Shown piece by piece: positions 1 through 13,492 of a stretch of 64,000 bases of DNA. Position 1 is the stretch's first letter. The number at the start of each line of letters is the position of its first letter. The position numbers and the translations under genes were made by a program. The notes beneath the pieces were generated by a model that did not search any database, was not told the origin of the DNA, and was given only the letters and a program-made list of their open reading frames with translations. Source of the stretch: Squalus acanthias (Eukaryota); NCBI GenBank assembly GCA_030390025.1, contig CM059431.1, positions 94,986,001 through 95,050,000 on the forward strand. The letters run 5' to 3'.

Positions 1-1265
1 GTACAACCAGCCTTTCTAGTACCTCCTCTTTATCAATTTTTATCCCATCCAGTATCTCCACTACCTCCTCTTTCACTATGACTTTGGCAGCACCTTCTGC
101 CTTGGTGAAGACAGATGCAAAGTACTCATTTAGTGCCTTAGCCGTGCCCTCTGCCTCCATGCGTAAGTCTCCTTTTTAGGTCTCCTAATGGGCCCCACCC
201 CTCCTCTTATTACCCGTTTTACTATTTTTATGCCTATAGAAGACTTTTGGATTCCTTTTCATGTTAGCTGCCAATCTATTTTCATACTCTCTCTTTGCCT
301 CTCTTATTTCCTTTTTCACTTCCCCTCTGAACTTCCTATATTCAGCCTGATTCTCACTTGTATTCTCAACCTGACATCTGTCATACGCACCCTTTTTCTG
401 CTTCATCTTACTCTTTATCTCTTTCGTCAGCTAGGGAGCTCTGGCTTTTGTTGCCCAACCTCTCCCCTTCGTGGGAATGTACCTCGACTGTACCCAAACC
501 ATCTCCTCTTTAAAGGCAGCCCATTGTTCAATTACAGTTTTGCCTGCCAATCTTTGATTCCAATTTACCCGGGCCAGATCCGTTCTCAACCCACTGAAAT
601 TGTCCTTCTTCCAATTAAGTATTTTTACTCTAAATTGCTCCCTGTCCTTTTCCATAACTAATCTAAACCTTATGATACTATGATCACTGTTCCCTAAAAG
701 TTCCCCATCTGACACTTACACCACTTGCCCCATCTCATTCCCCAGAACCAGATCCAACAATGCTTCCTTCCTCGTTGGGCCGGAAACGTACTGATCAAGG
801 AAGTTCTCCTGAGCACACTTCAAAAATTCTTCCCCCTCTCTGCCCTTTACACTATTACTATCCCAGTCTATATTAGGATAGTTGAAGTCCCCCATTATCA
901 CTACTCTATAATTCTTGCACCTCCCTGTAATTTCCCTGCAAATTTGCTCCTCTATATCCTTCTCACTAGTTGGCAACCTATAGAATACACCTAGCAGTGT
1001 AATGGCACCTCTATTAGTTCTTAACTCTAACCAAATAAATTCTCTCCTTGACCCCTCCATGACATCATCTCTCTCCAGTATTGTATCATTCTCCTTAACC
1101 AATACTGCCACCCTTTCTTTCTTTCCTTCCCTATCTTTCCTGAACACCTTATATCCAGGAATATTTAATACCCAATCCTGCCCTCTTTTGAGCCAGGTCT
1201 CTGTTATTGCTACCACATCATGTGGCTATTTGTGCCTGCAGCTCACCAACCTTAGTTAACAGGCT
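1..1265 (-). mobile_element. CR1 LINE fragment, ORF2 N-terminal AP-endonuclease region (decayed)
   Basis: Minus ORFs 716..1216 (AITETWL, GVFYRLP, VIMGDFNYPNIDW, LLDLVL), 431..715 (LGNSDH) and 185..406 (NPKVFYRH) give the CR1 APE domain and linker, broken by frameshifts. Confidence 0.9.
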
Positions 1266-1411
1266 TTGTGCGTTTACACACTTGCACTGTAAACCTCTCT
1301 TAGACCTTCTTGTACTCTCAAGTACAATACCCCAACCCAGGAATCAGTCTGATGAACCTTTGTTGCTCTCTCTCTAAGGCAAGTATATCTTTCCTTAGGT
1401 AAGGAGACTAA

Positions 1412-1757
1412 AGGGGAAAAATTCAGTTGGTTGCGCCTCCCGTTAGCGCCTTAAGAGGGCGCTAATGGGGCGCAAAGCATCTAGCACCTGGGCGCGGTGA
1501 TGTTTGCGCCGCTCGCGAAATTAACTAGACATTTTGCGGCGGCGCTAAACACTACCGCCACGAACTCCTGCGCCGGCAGATCGTGACATCAGTCGAGTGC
1601 GCAACGCCCCGGTATCGCCCCAGAGCGGATATTGAGTGGCGCCCCCTGCCTTACCACCTGCCGCTAGCAACGACAGGTTGAGAGGAGCGTTTTGCAGTCA
1701 GGAAGGGACTGGGAGCGCTATTTAAAGGCGACCGCTTCCTGCCTTTTATTTGCCCCA
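1412..1757. mobile_element. Internally deleted family-A Harbinger-type MITE
   Basis: Matches about 340 bp of one end of family A (ggggaaaaattcagttggttgcgcc...), ends atttgcccca, and is flanked by TAA (1409-1411 and 1758-1760). Confidence 0.75.
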
Positions 1758-1823
1758 TAATCTGTACACAGTATTCCAGGTGTGGTCTCACTAAGGCCCT
1801 ATATAATTGCAGTATGACTTATT

Positions 1824-2710
1824 GGGAGAGAAATTCAGTATCGCCCCATTTGGGGCACAATTATCGGCTGGGCGCAAAAATTAGCGCCTGGCGCTAATTA
1901 TCGCCTCCGACTGCAAACTTGACTTTTTTCGCCCCTGGATATGATTGGAGCGCTAAATCAGGCGCTTCACACCTGTCTTAAGGCGCAAAGGCCGAGGAGC
2001 GAGGCGCTACCTCAGAGCGCTGGCGAAGCTCATCTGATGTCAGTCAGCAATGGAAGAGACACAATGGCGCCGGCCAGTTCTTAAAGGGGAGGGTTGATCT
2101 TGCTTTCCATCCACATCCTGCTCATTGCAGCCTTGAATCTTGACCTGGAGAGACCTGTACATCAAATCTGCTGGAAAGAACAATGGAGAGGCCCAGGGAA
2201 AGAGCTCAGAGTGCAGCCCCCACAGTCTCTTCTAAATCGATACAAGGAAGGGCAAATCAAAATGAACCTGCAAAGTGCTGCTCAGTACCCAAAGCTCCTT
2301 CACACAGCGTTGAATCTCTCCAGAAGTCTCTCTCTCTCCCTCTCAGAATGCGTGGTTCAAAAATGCCACCAACAATAAAAGGCAGGAAGCGGTTGCCTTT
2401 AAATAGCGCTCCCCCAGTTCCTTCCTGACTGCAAAACGCTCCCCTCAACCTGTTGTTGCTAGCGGCAGGCAGTAAGGCAGGGGGCACCACTCAATATCCG
2501 CTCCGGGGCGCTACCGGGGCGTTGCGCACTCGACTGACGTTACGATCTGCGCAGGAAATTGTGGCGGTGGTGTTTAGCGCCGCCGCAAAATGTCCAGTTA
2601 ATTTTGCGAGCGGCGCAAACATCGCCGCGCCCAGGCGCTAGTTGCTTTGCGCCCCATTAGCGCCCTCTTAAGGTGCTAACGGGAGGCGCAACCAACTGAA
2701 TTTTTCCCCC
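1824..2710. mobile_element. Family-A non-autonomous PIF/Harbinger-type element (about 890 bp)
   Basis: TIRs gggagagaaattcag / ctgaatttttccccc and a 3-bp TSD ATT. Closely similar copies at 4437, 10625 and 28383. Confidence 0.85.
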
Positions 2711-4220
2711 ATTTACTCTGACACTCCAATCCTTTTTTAATAAAGGTGAACATACCATTTGCTTTCCTAATTGCTTGCTGTACCTGCATGTTACCTTTCA
2801 GTGACTCGTGTACAAGGTCACCTAGGTCCCTCTAAATACCAGCATTTCCCAATCTCTCACCATTTAAAAAATATTCTGCTTTTCTATTTTTCCTACCAAA
2901 GTGGATTACTTCATATTTCTCTACAGAATATTCCATGTGCCATGTTCTTGTCAACTCTGTTTTCTGTCCGTTTTCCAATCCTCAAGCCATGCTAATATAT
3001 TACCCCTAATCCCATGAGCCCTAATTTTATATAATAACCTCTTGTGTGGCACCTTTTTAAATGCTTTCTGAAAATCTAAATACACTACATCCACTGGTCC
3101 CCTCTTATCTACCCTGTTAGTTACAACCTCTAAAACCTCTATTAGATTTGTCCAACATGAATTCCCTTTCATAAATCCATGTTGACTATGCCCAATCATA
3201 TTATGATTTTTTAAGTGCCCTGTTACCACGTCCCTAGTAATAGATTTTAGCATTTTCTCTACTGTTGATGTCAGGCTAACTGGTCTATAGCTCCCTGTTT
3301 TCTCTCTCCCTCCTTTCTTGAATAGCAGGATTACATTTGCTACCTTGCAATCCATGGGGATGGTTCTAGAATCTAGGGAATTCTGGAAGATCAAAACCAA
3401 TGCATCCACTGTCTCTGTAGCCATCCAGGATGTAGGCCATCAAGTCCAGGGGATTTGTTGCCTTTTAGTCCCGTTATAGAAATTATAGACCTGTTTGTCG
3501 AACATCTGTTGTGAGGAAGCTATTTGAATCTATAATTAAGGACAGAGTGACTGAGAACTTAGTGGAATTTGAGCTGATTAGAGAGAGTCAACATGGATTT
3601 GTAAAGGGTAGGTTATGTCTAACAAACCTAATTCAAGTAGTAGACAGGGGAATGTCTATGGATGTAGTTTATATGGACTTCCAGAAGTAATTCGATAAGG
3701 TTCCGCATAAGAGACTGTTTGCTAAAATTAAAGGTCATGGAATTGAAGGGAAATTATTGACCTGGTTAGGGGATTAGTCAGGTAGTAGATGATAGAGAGT
3801 AGCAATAATGGGTATGTACTTGAATTGGAAGGAATTGAGTGGTGTCCCTGTTCTGGGGCCTCAACTATTCACTATATTTATTAATGACTTAGATAACACA
3901 ATAGAGAGCCATATATCATAATTTGCACAATAAGTGGCATAGTGTGGATAGGAGCATAAAATTACAAAAAGACATTGGTAGATTAAGTGAGTGGGCAAAA
4001 ATGTGTCAGATGGGATTTCAATGCAGGTAAGTGTGAGGTCAACCATTTTGGACCAAAATAGGATAGATTTGAGTATTTCTTAAATGGTGAAAAGCTACAA
4101 ACAGTGGAGGTCCAAAGAGATTTTTGGGGGATATGTACACAGATCACTAAAATGTAGCAGTCAGGTACAAACAATAATCAAAAAGGCTAATAGAATGTTA
4201 GCCTTTATATCTAGAGGGCT

Positions 4221-6805
4221 AGCAAAAGACAAGGCTGAAGCATTCGCAACCACCTTCAGCCAGAAGTGCCGAGTGAATGATCCATCTCGACCTCTTCCTG
4301 AGGTCCCCACCACCACAGAAGCCAGTCTTCAGCCAATTCAATTCACTCCATGGGATATCACGAAAAAGCTGAGCGCACTGGATACTGCAAAGGCTATGGG
4401 CCCCGAGAACATCCTGGCTGTTGTGTTGAAGACATCGGGGGAGAAATTCGGTATCGCCCCGTTTGGGGCGCAATTATCGGCCGGGCACAAAGTTTAGCGC
4501 CTGGCGTTAATTATCGCCTCAAACTGCAAACTTGGCTTTTATCGCCCCTGGAGGCGATTGGAGCACTAAATCAGGCACTACACACCTCTCTTAAGGTGCT
4601 AACGCCGAGGAGTGAGGCGCTACCTCAGAGTGCTGGCGAAGCTCATGTGATGTCAGTCAGCAATGGAACACAGACACACTGGCGCCGGCTAGTTCTTAAA
4701 GGGGAGGATCGATCTTGCTCTCCATCCACACCCTACTCATTGCAGCCTTGAATCTTGGCCTGGAGAGACCTGTACATCAAATCTGCTGGAAAGAACAATG
4801 GAGAGGCCCAGGGAAAGAGCTCAGAGTGCAGCCCCCAAAATCTCTTCTAAATCGATGCAAGGAAGGTCAAATCAAAATGAACCTGAAAAGTGCTGCTCAG
4901 TACCCAAAACTCCTTCACACAGAGTTGAATCTCTCCAGAAGTCTCTCTCTCTCTCTCAGAGTGCGTGGTGCAAAAATATCACCGACAAAAAAAGGCAGGA
5001 AGCGGTCGCCTTTAAATAGCGCTCCCCAGTCCCTTCCTGACTGCAAAATGTTCCCCTAACCTGTTGTTGCTAGAGGCAGGTGGAAAGGCAGGGGGTGCCA
5101 CTCAATATCCGGTCCGGGGCGCTACCGGGGCGTTGCACGCTCGACTGACATCACGATCTGCGGGCGCAGGAGATCATGGCAGTAGTGTTTAGCGCCGCAA
5201 CAAATTGTCTGGTCAATTTCACGAGCGGCGCAAACATTGGCGCGCCCGGGCGCTAGTTGCTTTGCGCCCCATTAGCGCCCTCTTAAGGCTCTAATGGGAG
5301 GCACAAAGCAACCAAATTTTTCCCCCCTGTGCTCCAGAGCTAGCCGCGCCTCTAGCCAAGCTGTTCCAGTACAGCTACAACACTGGCATCTACCCGACAA
5401 TGTGTAAAATTGCCCAAGTATGTCCTGTCCACAAAAAGCAGGACAAATCCAATCTGGCCAATTATCGCCCCATCAGTCAACTCTCAGTCATCAGCAAAGT
5501 GATGGAAGGTATCATCGACAATGCAATCAAGCGGAACTTACTTACCAATAACCTGCTCACCAATTCTCAGTTTGGATTCCGCCAGGACTACTCGGCCCCA
5601 GACCTCATTATATTTTGGTCCAAAGATGGACAAAAGAGCTGAATTCCAGAGGTGAGGTGAGAGTGACTGCCCTGGACATCAATGCAGCATTTGACCGAGT
5701 GTGGCATCAAGGAGCCCTAGTAAAATTGAAGTCAATGGGAATCAAGGGGAAAACTCTCGACTGGCTGGAGTCATACCTAGCACAAAGGAAGATGGTTATG
5801 GTTGTTGGAGGCCAATCATCTCAGCTCCAGGACATCGCTGCAGGAGCTCCTCAGGGCAATGACCTAGGCCCAACCATCTTCAGCTGCCTCAACAATGACC
5901 TTCCCTCCATCATAAGATCAGAAATAGAGATGTTTGCTGATGATTGCACAGTGTTCAGTTCCATTCTCAATTCCTCAGACAATGAGGCAGTCTGTGCCCA
6001 CATACAGCAAGACCTGGACAACATTCACACTTGGGCTGATAAGTGGCAAGTAACTTTCACACCACACAAGTGCCAGGCAATGACTATCTCCAACAAGAGA
6101 GATTCTAACCAGTGCCCCTTGCCATTCAACGGCATTACCAGTGCCGAATCCTACACCTTCAACATCTTGGGGGTCACCATTGACCAGAAACTTAACTGGA
6201 CCAGGCACATAAATACTGTGGCTACAAGAGCAGGTCAGAGGCTGGATATTCTGCGGCGAGTGTCTCACCTCCTGACTCACCAAAGCCTTTTCATCACCTA
6301 CAAGGCACAAGTCAGGGGTGTGATGGAATACTCTCCACTTGCCTGGATGAGTGAAGCTCCAACAACACTCAAGATGTCAACACCATCTAGCACCTTAAAC
6401 ATTCACTCCCTCCACCACTGGCGTACCGTGGCTGCAGTGTGTACCATCTACAAGATGCACTGCAGCAACTCGCCAAGGCTTCTTCAGCAGCACCTCCCAA
6501 ACCCACGACCTCTTCCACCTAGAAGGACAAGGGCAGCAGGCGCATGGGAACACCACCAGCTCCACGTTCCCCTCCAAGTCACACACCATCCTGACTTGGA
6601 AATATATCGCTGATCCTTCATAGTTGTTGGGTCAAAATCCGGGAACTCCCTTCCTAACAGCACTATGGGAGTACCTTCACCACTTGGACTGCAGCGGTTC
6701 AAGGTGGCGGCTCACCACCACCATCTCAAGGGCAATTAGGGTTGGGCAATAAATGCTGGCCTTGCCAGTGCCGCCCACATCCCATGAATGAATTAAAAAA
6801 AATAA
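4221..6805 (+). mobile_element. LINE-X (CR1-group LINE, clade not assigned), 5'-truncated, RT plus 3' UTR
   Basis: ORFs 5400..5642 and 5615..6613 (ALDINAAFDRVWH, GAPQG, MFADD). 3' end gggcaataaatgctggccttgccag...gaatgaatt followed by an A run. Interrupted by the MITE at 4437-5326. Confidence 0.85.
4437..5326. mobile_element. Family-A Harbinger-type MITE
   Basis: TIRs gggggagaaattcgg / ccaaatttttccccc; body similar to 1824-2710. TSD not clear. Confidence 0.85.
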
Positions 6806-7204
6806 AGGGCAGGCATTTTTGCTGCAGCTACACAAAGCCCTAGTTAGACCACATCTGGAATACTGTGTACAGATCTGGGCATCACACCTTAGAAAGGATA
6901 TATTTGCCTTGGAAGGAATGCAAGCAGGATACACCAAAATGTTACCAGGGCTTCAAGATTATGCAGCGATTATGTAAACTAGGCTTGTATTCCCTGGAAT
7001 ATAGAAGGGTTAAGTGGTGATTTGATTGGGGTTTTTAGGATTTTTAAAGGAATTGACAGGATAGAGAGAATTTTTTTCCACTGGTGGGAGAGCCCACGAC
7101 AAGGGAACCTTAAAATCAGAGCCAGGCCATTCAGGAGAGAAGATAGGAAACATTTCTACACACAAAGGGTGGTGGAAATGTCAAACTCTCTCCCACAAAA
7201 TGCA

Positions 7205-7450
7205 ATTTCCTAGAAATTGGAAGTGTTAGCCCTGACCATTAAGGCCCATTTTGGAAAAGAATGGTGGCCTGCCTCACTTCTGCCCACTGCCGGCCGCCAT
7301 TTTTGGCAAGTTGGCAGCGCTGGCGTTACCTGCGCACACGGAATGTATTTTAATCAGTAGGAGCGAGACGTCAATTGACGAGCAACGCCGAATTGATGCC
7401 CTGCTCATCCATTTTGGAGCTCCCCGCTCCTCTTACCATCCTCTCCAAAA
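7205..7450. mobile_element. Old Harbinger-like terminal remnant
   Basis: ctagaaattgg start; downstream ttaccatcctctccaaaac resembles the left-end region of the element at 51651. Confidence 0.35.
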
Positions 7451-7587
7451 CAGACTCGTGCTTGCAGCCGCTGACAGCATTCACCATCATACACAGCAAT
7501 TCCCTGACGACGCATCAAGTGACAAATTTAAAACAGCCAGAAAGTAAAGATAGAATTATCTCCACGTAGCTAATGTAATGTTTATAT

Positions 7588-8346
7588 TAATGACTATCTC
7601 CAACAAGCGAGAGTCTAACCACCGCCCCATGGCATTCAATGGCATTACCATCGCCGAATCCCCCACCATCAACATCCTGGGGGTCACCATTGACCAGAAA
7701 CTGAACTGGACCAGCCACATAAATACTGTGGCAACAAGAGCAGGTCAGAGGCTAGGTATTCTGCGGCGAGTGTCTCACCTCCTGACTCCCCAAAGCATTT
7801 CCACCATCTACAAGGCACAAGTAAGGAGTGTGATGGAATACTCTCACTTGCCTGGATGAGTGCAGCTGCAACAACACTCAAGAAGCTCGACACCATCCAG
7901 GACAAAGCAGCCCATTTGATTGGCACCCCATCCACCACCTTAAACATTCACTACCTCCACCACCGGCATACCATGGCTGCAGTGTATGCCATCTACAAGA
8001 TGCACTGCAGCAACTTGCCAAGGCTTCTTCAGCAGCACCTCCCAAACCCGCGACCTCTTCCACCTAGAAGGACAAGGGCAGCAGGCGCATGGGAACACCA
8101 CCACCTCCAATTTCCCCTCCAAGTCACACACCATCCTGACTTAGAAGTATATTGCCGATCCTTCATCGTCGCTGGGTCAAAATCCTGGAACTCCCTTCCT
8201 AACAGCACTGTGGGAGTCCCTTCACCACATGGACTGCAGCGGTTCAAGAAGGTGGCTCACCACCACCTTCTGAAGGGCAATTAGGGATGGGCAATAAATG
8301 CTGGCCTTGCCAGTGACGCCCAGATCCCATAAGCAATTTTTTTTTA
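7588..8346 (+). mobile_element. LINE-X 3' fragment
   Basis: ORFs 7578..7859 and 7856..8284 (INILGVTIDQKLNW, KSWNSLP) and the same 3' UTR as the other copies. Confidence 0.9.
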
Positions 8347-9459
8347 AATACGCAAACCTAGGTCTTGATGGCTAACCCTTGGGATTTGAAGGTAAGGGTT
8401 AATTTTTTTTGGTGGTTTTCTTATTTGAAACTGTCCTGGCTGAGATTGTAATACTGAATGTGTAATTGATTACTTCTGTGTGACTATTAGAGCCACCTTG
8501 AGGTTTGGATTAGGAATCACCTATGCATTTTCAGTATTTCGAACTCTGAAATGTAAAGTATGAATTCAAATTCTTTAAGTTATCAGCTATGAGTACTCTC
8601 TCCTCACCATGGAGTAGGAAAAAGCCCTCAGTTGTGTCAGACCCTCCTAAGTCAGTGACTAAAGTGACCTCAGCATGTCAATGAAATACAGTATAATGGT
8701 TTCAAAAACTACAAAGCGCTGGGTTTGATATTTCCTGTGCTATATCTTTTTCTTGCTGCTTCATGAAAATTTAAACAAGCATTTAAAATAAATAGCTTTG
8801 CTTAGTCTCTATTCCTTTTGAATGTGATGTGTGGGGAAAGTGACAGGGGAGAGTCCTTGAAAGCATTAAATGGGCCACCGTGACTCAATGTCAAAAAACA
8901 ATGAACAGTGGCGTCCACAGGGAACGGTTTCTCTTTAAACAACACTGAATGCTGCATGCCTTCTTCAAAGCAATGAGAGGTCCAGACTACATTACAATCA
9001 AAATAATTAATTTGCCCTGTTTTACACCCACACCCTCCCTCCTTCTCCACCTATAAATGAAAAGAGGATCCCATAAAACCCGATGTACGATCAAACCACA
9101 GACTTTCCTGGCGCAGTCGACAGACTCCCCACAAATGAGCAAACAAGTTGCCAAACCCTTTTTTGATTTGTAGAAATTTTGCGAGCCGGAGCCTGAGCTG
9201 ATTTAAAAGATAACACACTTCCATTTGTAGGTTCCAGAGCTTTGCTTGTGTCACTTTGATGCGCTTTAAATGACAAGAGCTTTCTCCACAAGAGTACTGT
9301 AACTCACTCCACAATACTGTAACATTGATTGGTAAGCGGGTGGCAGGTAAATTGCTGTAATAAATACGGCAACTGTTCCGTAGATGGGCTACAGCTTGAC
9401 TCGTTTGTTCCTCGTTCTCCTTAAATCCAACTGGTAACAGACGCGATCATTGGCCTCCC

Positions 9460-11640
9460 GCTTGAATATATTTAATGACTTGGCCTCAACTACCTTCTGT
9501 GGTAGAGAATTCCACAGGTTCACCACTCTCTGGGTGAAGAAATTCTTCCTCATTTCTGTCCTAAATGGCTTACCCGTTATCCTTAGATTATGACCCCTGG
9601 TTCTGGACTCTCCGACCATCAGGAACATTCTTCCTGCTTCGAGTCTGTCAGAATTTTATATGTTTCGATGAGATCCCCTCTCATTCTTCTATACTCCAGC
9701 GAGTATAAGCCCAATCGACCCAATCTCTCCTCATATGTCATTCCTGCCATCCCAGGTATCAGCCTTGTGAATCTTCGCTGAGCTCCTTCCATGGCAAGAA
9801 CATCCTTCCTCAGATAAGGCAACCAAAACTGCACACAGTACTCAAGATGTGGTCTCACCAAGGCCCTGTACAACTGCAGCAGGACATCCCTGTTCCTATA
9901 CTCAAACCCTTTCGCTATGAAGGCCAACATACCATTTGTCTTCTTTACCGCCTGCTGCACCTGCATGCTTACTTTCAGCGACTGGTGCACAAGGACACCC
10001 AGGTCTCGTTGCACTTCCCCTTCTCCCAATCTATTGCCATTCAGATAATAGTCTGCCTTTCTGTTTTTGACACCAAAGTGGATAACCTCGCATTTATCCA
10101 CATTATATTGCATCTGCCACGCTTCTGCCCACTCACTCAACCTATCCAAATCATCCTGGAGTTTCTCGGTATCCTCCTCGCAGCACACACTCCCACCCAG
10201 CTTTGTGTCATCTGCAAACTTGGAGATATTACATTTAGTTCCCTTATCTAGATCATTAATGTATATTGTGAATAGCTGGGGTCCAAGGACCGATCCCTGC
10301 GGTACCCCACTAGTCACTGCTTGCCACTCGGAAGAAGACCCATTAATTCCTACTCTCTGCTTATTTCTCAGTTCTACCCATACAGATTCTGCATCATCAG
10401 AGCTAATATCCTTCCTTTCAATTGTGTTAATTCCCTCTTTAACCAGCAATGCTACCCCACCTCCCTTTCTTTTTTGCCTATCTTTCCTAAATATTGAATA
10501 ACCCTGGATGTTGAGTTCCTGGAGCCATGTTTCTGTAATCCCAATCAAATCGTATTCATTTACCTCTATTTGCGCAGCTAATTCATCCACCTTGTTCCGA
10601 ATGCTCCTTGTATTAAGTCACAAAGGGGGAAAAATTCAGTTGGTTGCGCCTCCCGTTAGCGCCTTAAGATGGCGCTAATGGGGCGCAAAGCATCTGGCGC
10701 CCAGGCGCGGCGAAGTTTGCGCCGCTCGCGAAATTAACTAGACATTTTGCGGCGGCGCTAAACACTACTGCCACGATCTCCTGCGCCGGCAGATCGTGAC
10801 GTCACTCGAGTGTGCAACGCCCCGGTATCGCCCCGGAGCGGATATTGAGTGGCGCCCCCTGCCTTACTGCCTGACGCTAGCAACGACAGGTTGAGGGGAG
10901 CGTTCTGCAGTCATGTAGGGAAAGGGGGAGCGCTATTTAAAGGTGACCGCTTCCTGCCTTTTATTGTTGGTGCCATTTTTGAACTACACATTCTGAGAGA
11001 GAGAGGGAGAGACTTCTGGAGAGATTCAACGTTGTGTGAAGGAGTTTTGGGTACTGAGCAGCACTTTGCAGGTTCATTTTGATTTGCCATTCCTTGTATC
11101 GATTTAGCAGAGACTGTGGGGGCATCACTCTGAGCTCATTGCCTGGTACTCTCCATTGTTCTTTCCAGCACATTTGATGTGCAGGTCTCTCCAGGCCGAG
11201 ATTCAAGGCTGCAATGAGCAGGATGTGGATGGAAAGCAAGATTAACCATCCCCTTTAAGAACTGGCCCGTGCCATTGTGTGTGTGTTCCATTGCTGACTG
11301 ACATCAGATGAGCTTCGCCAGCGCTCTGAGGTAGCGCCTCGCTCCTCGGCCTTTGCGCCTTAAGACAGGTGTGAAGCGCTTGATTTAGCGCTGCAATCAC
11401 CTCCAGGGGCGATAAAAGTCAAGTTTGCAGTCGGTGGCGATAATTAGCGCCAGGCGCTAATCTTTGCGCCCGGCCGATAATTGCGCCTCAAATGGGGCGA
11501 TACTGAATTTCTCCCCCAAAGCCTTCAGGCTTGTTTTTTTAACGCTCTCAGACCTATGTGAATTATTATTTACTGTGACCATGTTTGATTTAAACCGTTG
11601 AGTTCTTTGCCTTCTACCTTTGTTTTTCTCCTTCAACTGC
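9460..11640 (-). mobile_element. CR1 LINE with a large internal deletion, interrupted by a family-A MITE
   Basis: ORF 9619..10590 fuses the APE N-terminus (ITETWL...VWVELRN) directly to the RT C-terminal half ([16 protein letters not shown]). Near-identical to the CR1 at 24061-25910. Confidence 0.9.
10625..11517. mobile_element. Family-A Harbinger-type MITE (reverse orientation)
   Basis: TIRs gggggaaaaattcag / ctgaatttctccccc and TSD AAA (10622-10624 and 11518-11520). Confidence 0.9.
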
Positions 11641-12919
11641 ACAGTCACCTTATATAGGTTAAAAAAAAGTAGAGTATTGAAAGAAAATCAAACATTTGTG
11701 CAGTTTCATCCCCAGTTTAATAACGACAATGTCCATGATGCAAAACTGGCATAAATTGACAGCCTCATACAGACACGTCAGAAGGAAGGTTCACTTGGAA
11801 AGTGGAAAAAACCATGCTACGTAATATGGGATGCTCTTGTGAGGTTTGGTTTACGGCCTGTTGTTGGCAGAGTAAAAAAACTTCTTTATGCATCTGACCT
11901 TGCTACAGCTGGTCTGGAAGGGCTTGATGCGGATACAGTGGGGTAAATTTTTGGAGACTCCGCTACCAGTGCAGAGTCTCGGTCAATGAGAAATGGATGA
12001 AAATCTAGGAGCACCGCAAATTCAGCATGCTAATGTCTACAGGCAGTTTGCTGCTCCTAGCTCTCGTTGAGTGAGCATGACTCGTTTACAGTACCGAGTC
12101 TCCAAACATCCATCCCTGTGTGTAGAAAAGCGGAAAAAATCTTTCATTTCCCAACACTGACACTCAGTCAAATGCTGCCTTGATGTCAAGGGCAATCACT
12201 CTCACCTCACCTCTGGAATTCAGCTTTTTTTTCCATGTTTGAACCAAGGCTGTAATGAGGTCTGGAGCCAAGTGGTCCTGGCGGAACCCAAACTGAGCAT
12301 TGGTGGGCAGGTTATTGGTGAGTAAGTGCCACTTGATAGCACTGCCGACAACACCTTCCATCACTTTGCTGATGATTGAGAGTAGACTTATTAGACGATA
12401 ATTGGCCGGGTTGGATTTGACCTGCTTTTTGTGGACAGGACATACCTGGGCAGTTTTCCACATTGTCGGGTAGATGCCAGTGTTGTAGCTGTACTGGAAC
12501 AGCTTGGCTAGAGGCACAGCTAGTTCTGGAGCACAAGTCTTCAGCATGACAGCTGGGATGTTGTTGGGGCCCATAACATTTGCTATATCCAGTGCGCTCA
12601 GTGCTATCACATGGGGTGAATTGAATTGGCTGAAGACTGGCTTCTGTGATGGTGGGAACCTCAGGAGGAGGCCGAGATGGATCATGCACTCAGCACTTCT
12701 GGCTGAAACTTCAGTCTTGTCTTTTGCTAGCCCTCTAGATATAAAGGCTAACATTCTATTAGCCTTTTTGATTATTGTTTGTACCTGATGCTTCAGCCTT
12801 GTCTTTTGCACTTACATGCTGGGCTCCGCCATCATTGGGGATGGGGATATTCATGAAGCCTCCTCCTCCCGTTAGTTGTTTAACTGTCCACTACCATTCA
12901 CAACTGGATGTGGCAGGAC

Positions 12920-13492
12920 CCTGGTGAGACTACACCTGGAGTACTGTGTACAGTTTTGGTCTCCTTACCTAAGGAAGGATATACTTGCCATAGAGGGAGT
13001 GCAACAAAGGTTCACCAGACTGGTTCCTGGGATGGGGGGATTGTACAATGAGGACAGATTGAGTAGACAAGGCCTATATTCTCTAGAGTTTAGAAGAATG
13101 AGAGGTGATCTCATTGAAACATGCAAAATTCTTACAGGGCTTGACAGGGTAGATGCAGGGAGGATGTTTCCCCTGGCTAGGGAGCCTAGAATCAGGGTTC
13201 ACAGTCTCAGAATAAGGGGTCTGCCATTTAGGACTGAGATGAGGAGAAATTTCTTCACTCAGAGGGTGGTGAATCTTTGGAATTGTCTACCCCAGAGGGC
13301 TATGGAAGCTCAGTCGTTGAGTATATTCAAGACAGAGATCGATAGATTTTTAATATTAAGGAAATCAAGGGATATGGGGATAGTTCAGGAAAGTGGAAAT
13401 TAGGTAGAAGATCAGCCATGATCTTATTGAATGGCGGAGCAGGCTCGAAGGGCCAAATGGCATCTTCCTGCTCCTATTTCTTATGTTCTTAT
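12920..13492 (+). mobile_element. CR1 3' end inserted in LINE-X
   Basis: LEYCVQFWSPY...RRMRGDLIE, FFTQRVVNLWN, and a 3' tail ending ttcttatgttcttatg. Confidence 0.9.

Larger units (their letters stand above)
1320..3470 (-). mobile_element. CR1 LINE RT fragment interrupted by two Harbinger-type MITEs
   Basis: ORF 2951..3424 ([24 protein letters not shown]). CR1 sequence resumes on both sides of the inserts at 1412-1757 and 1824-2710. Confidence 0.85.
3480..7200 (+). mobile_element. CR1 LINE RT/3' fragment (3480-4220 and about 6806-7200) split by a LINE-X insertion
   Basis: Decayed RT motifs, KKANRMLAFISRGL at 4180-4220, and resumption after the insert (gctgcagctacacaaagccctagttagacc). Confidence 0.8.

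Noticed and set aside
2094..2641. Recurrent small ORFs (MERPRERAQSAAP..., ...HQICWKEQWRGPGKEL...), also at 4715, 10961 and 28611
   Set aside because: They recur because they lie inside family-A MITE copies, and their stops and frames vary between copies.
8400..9450. Candidate location of the B7 IgV or leader exon
   Set aside because: No IgV motifs (C..W..D-x-G-x-Y-x-C) in the listed ORFs or in what I could read. Donor-like sites near 9331 and 9346 have no supportable exon.
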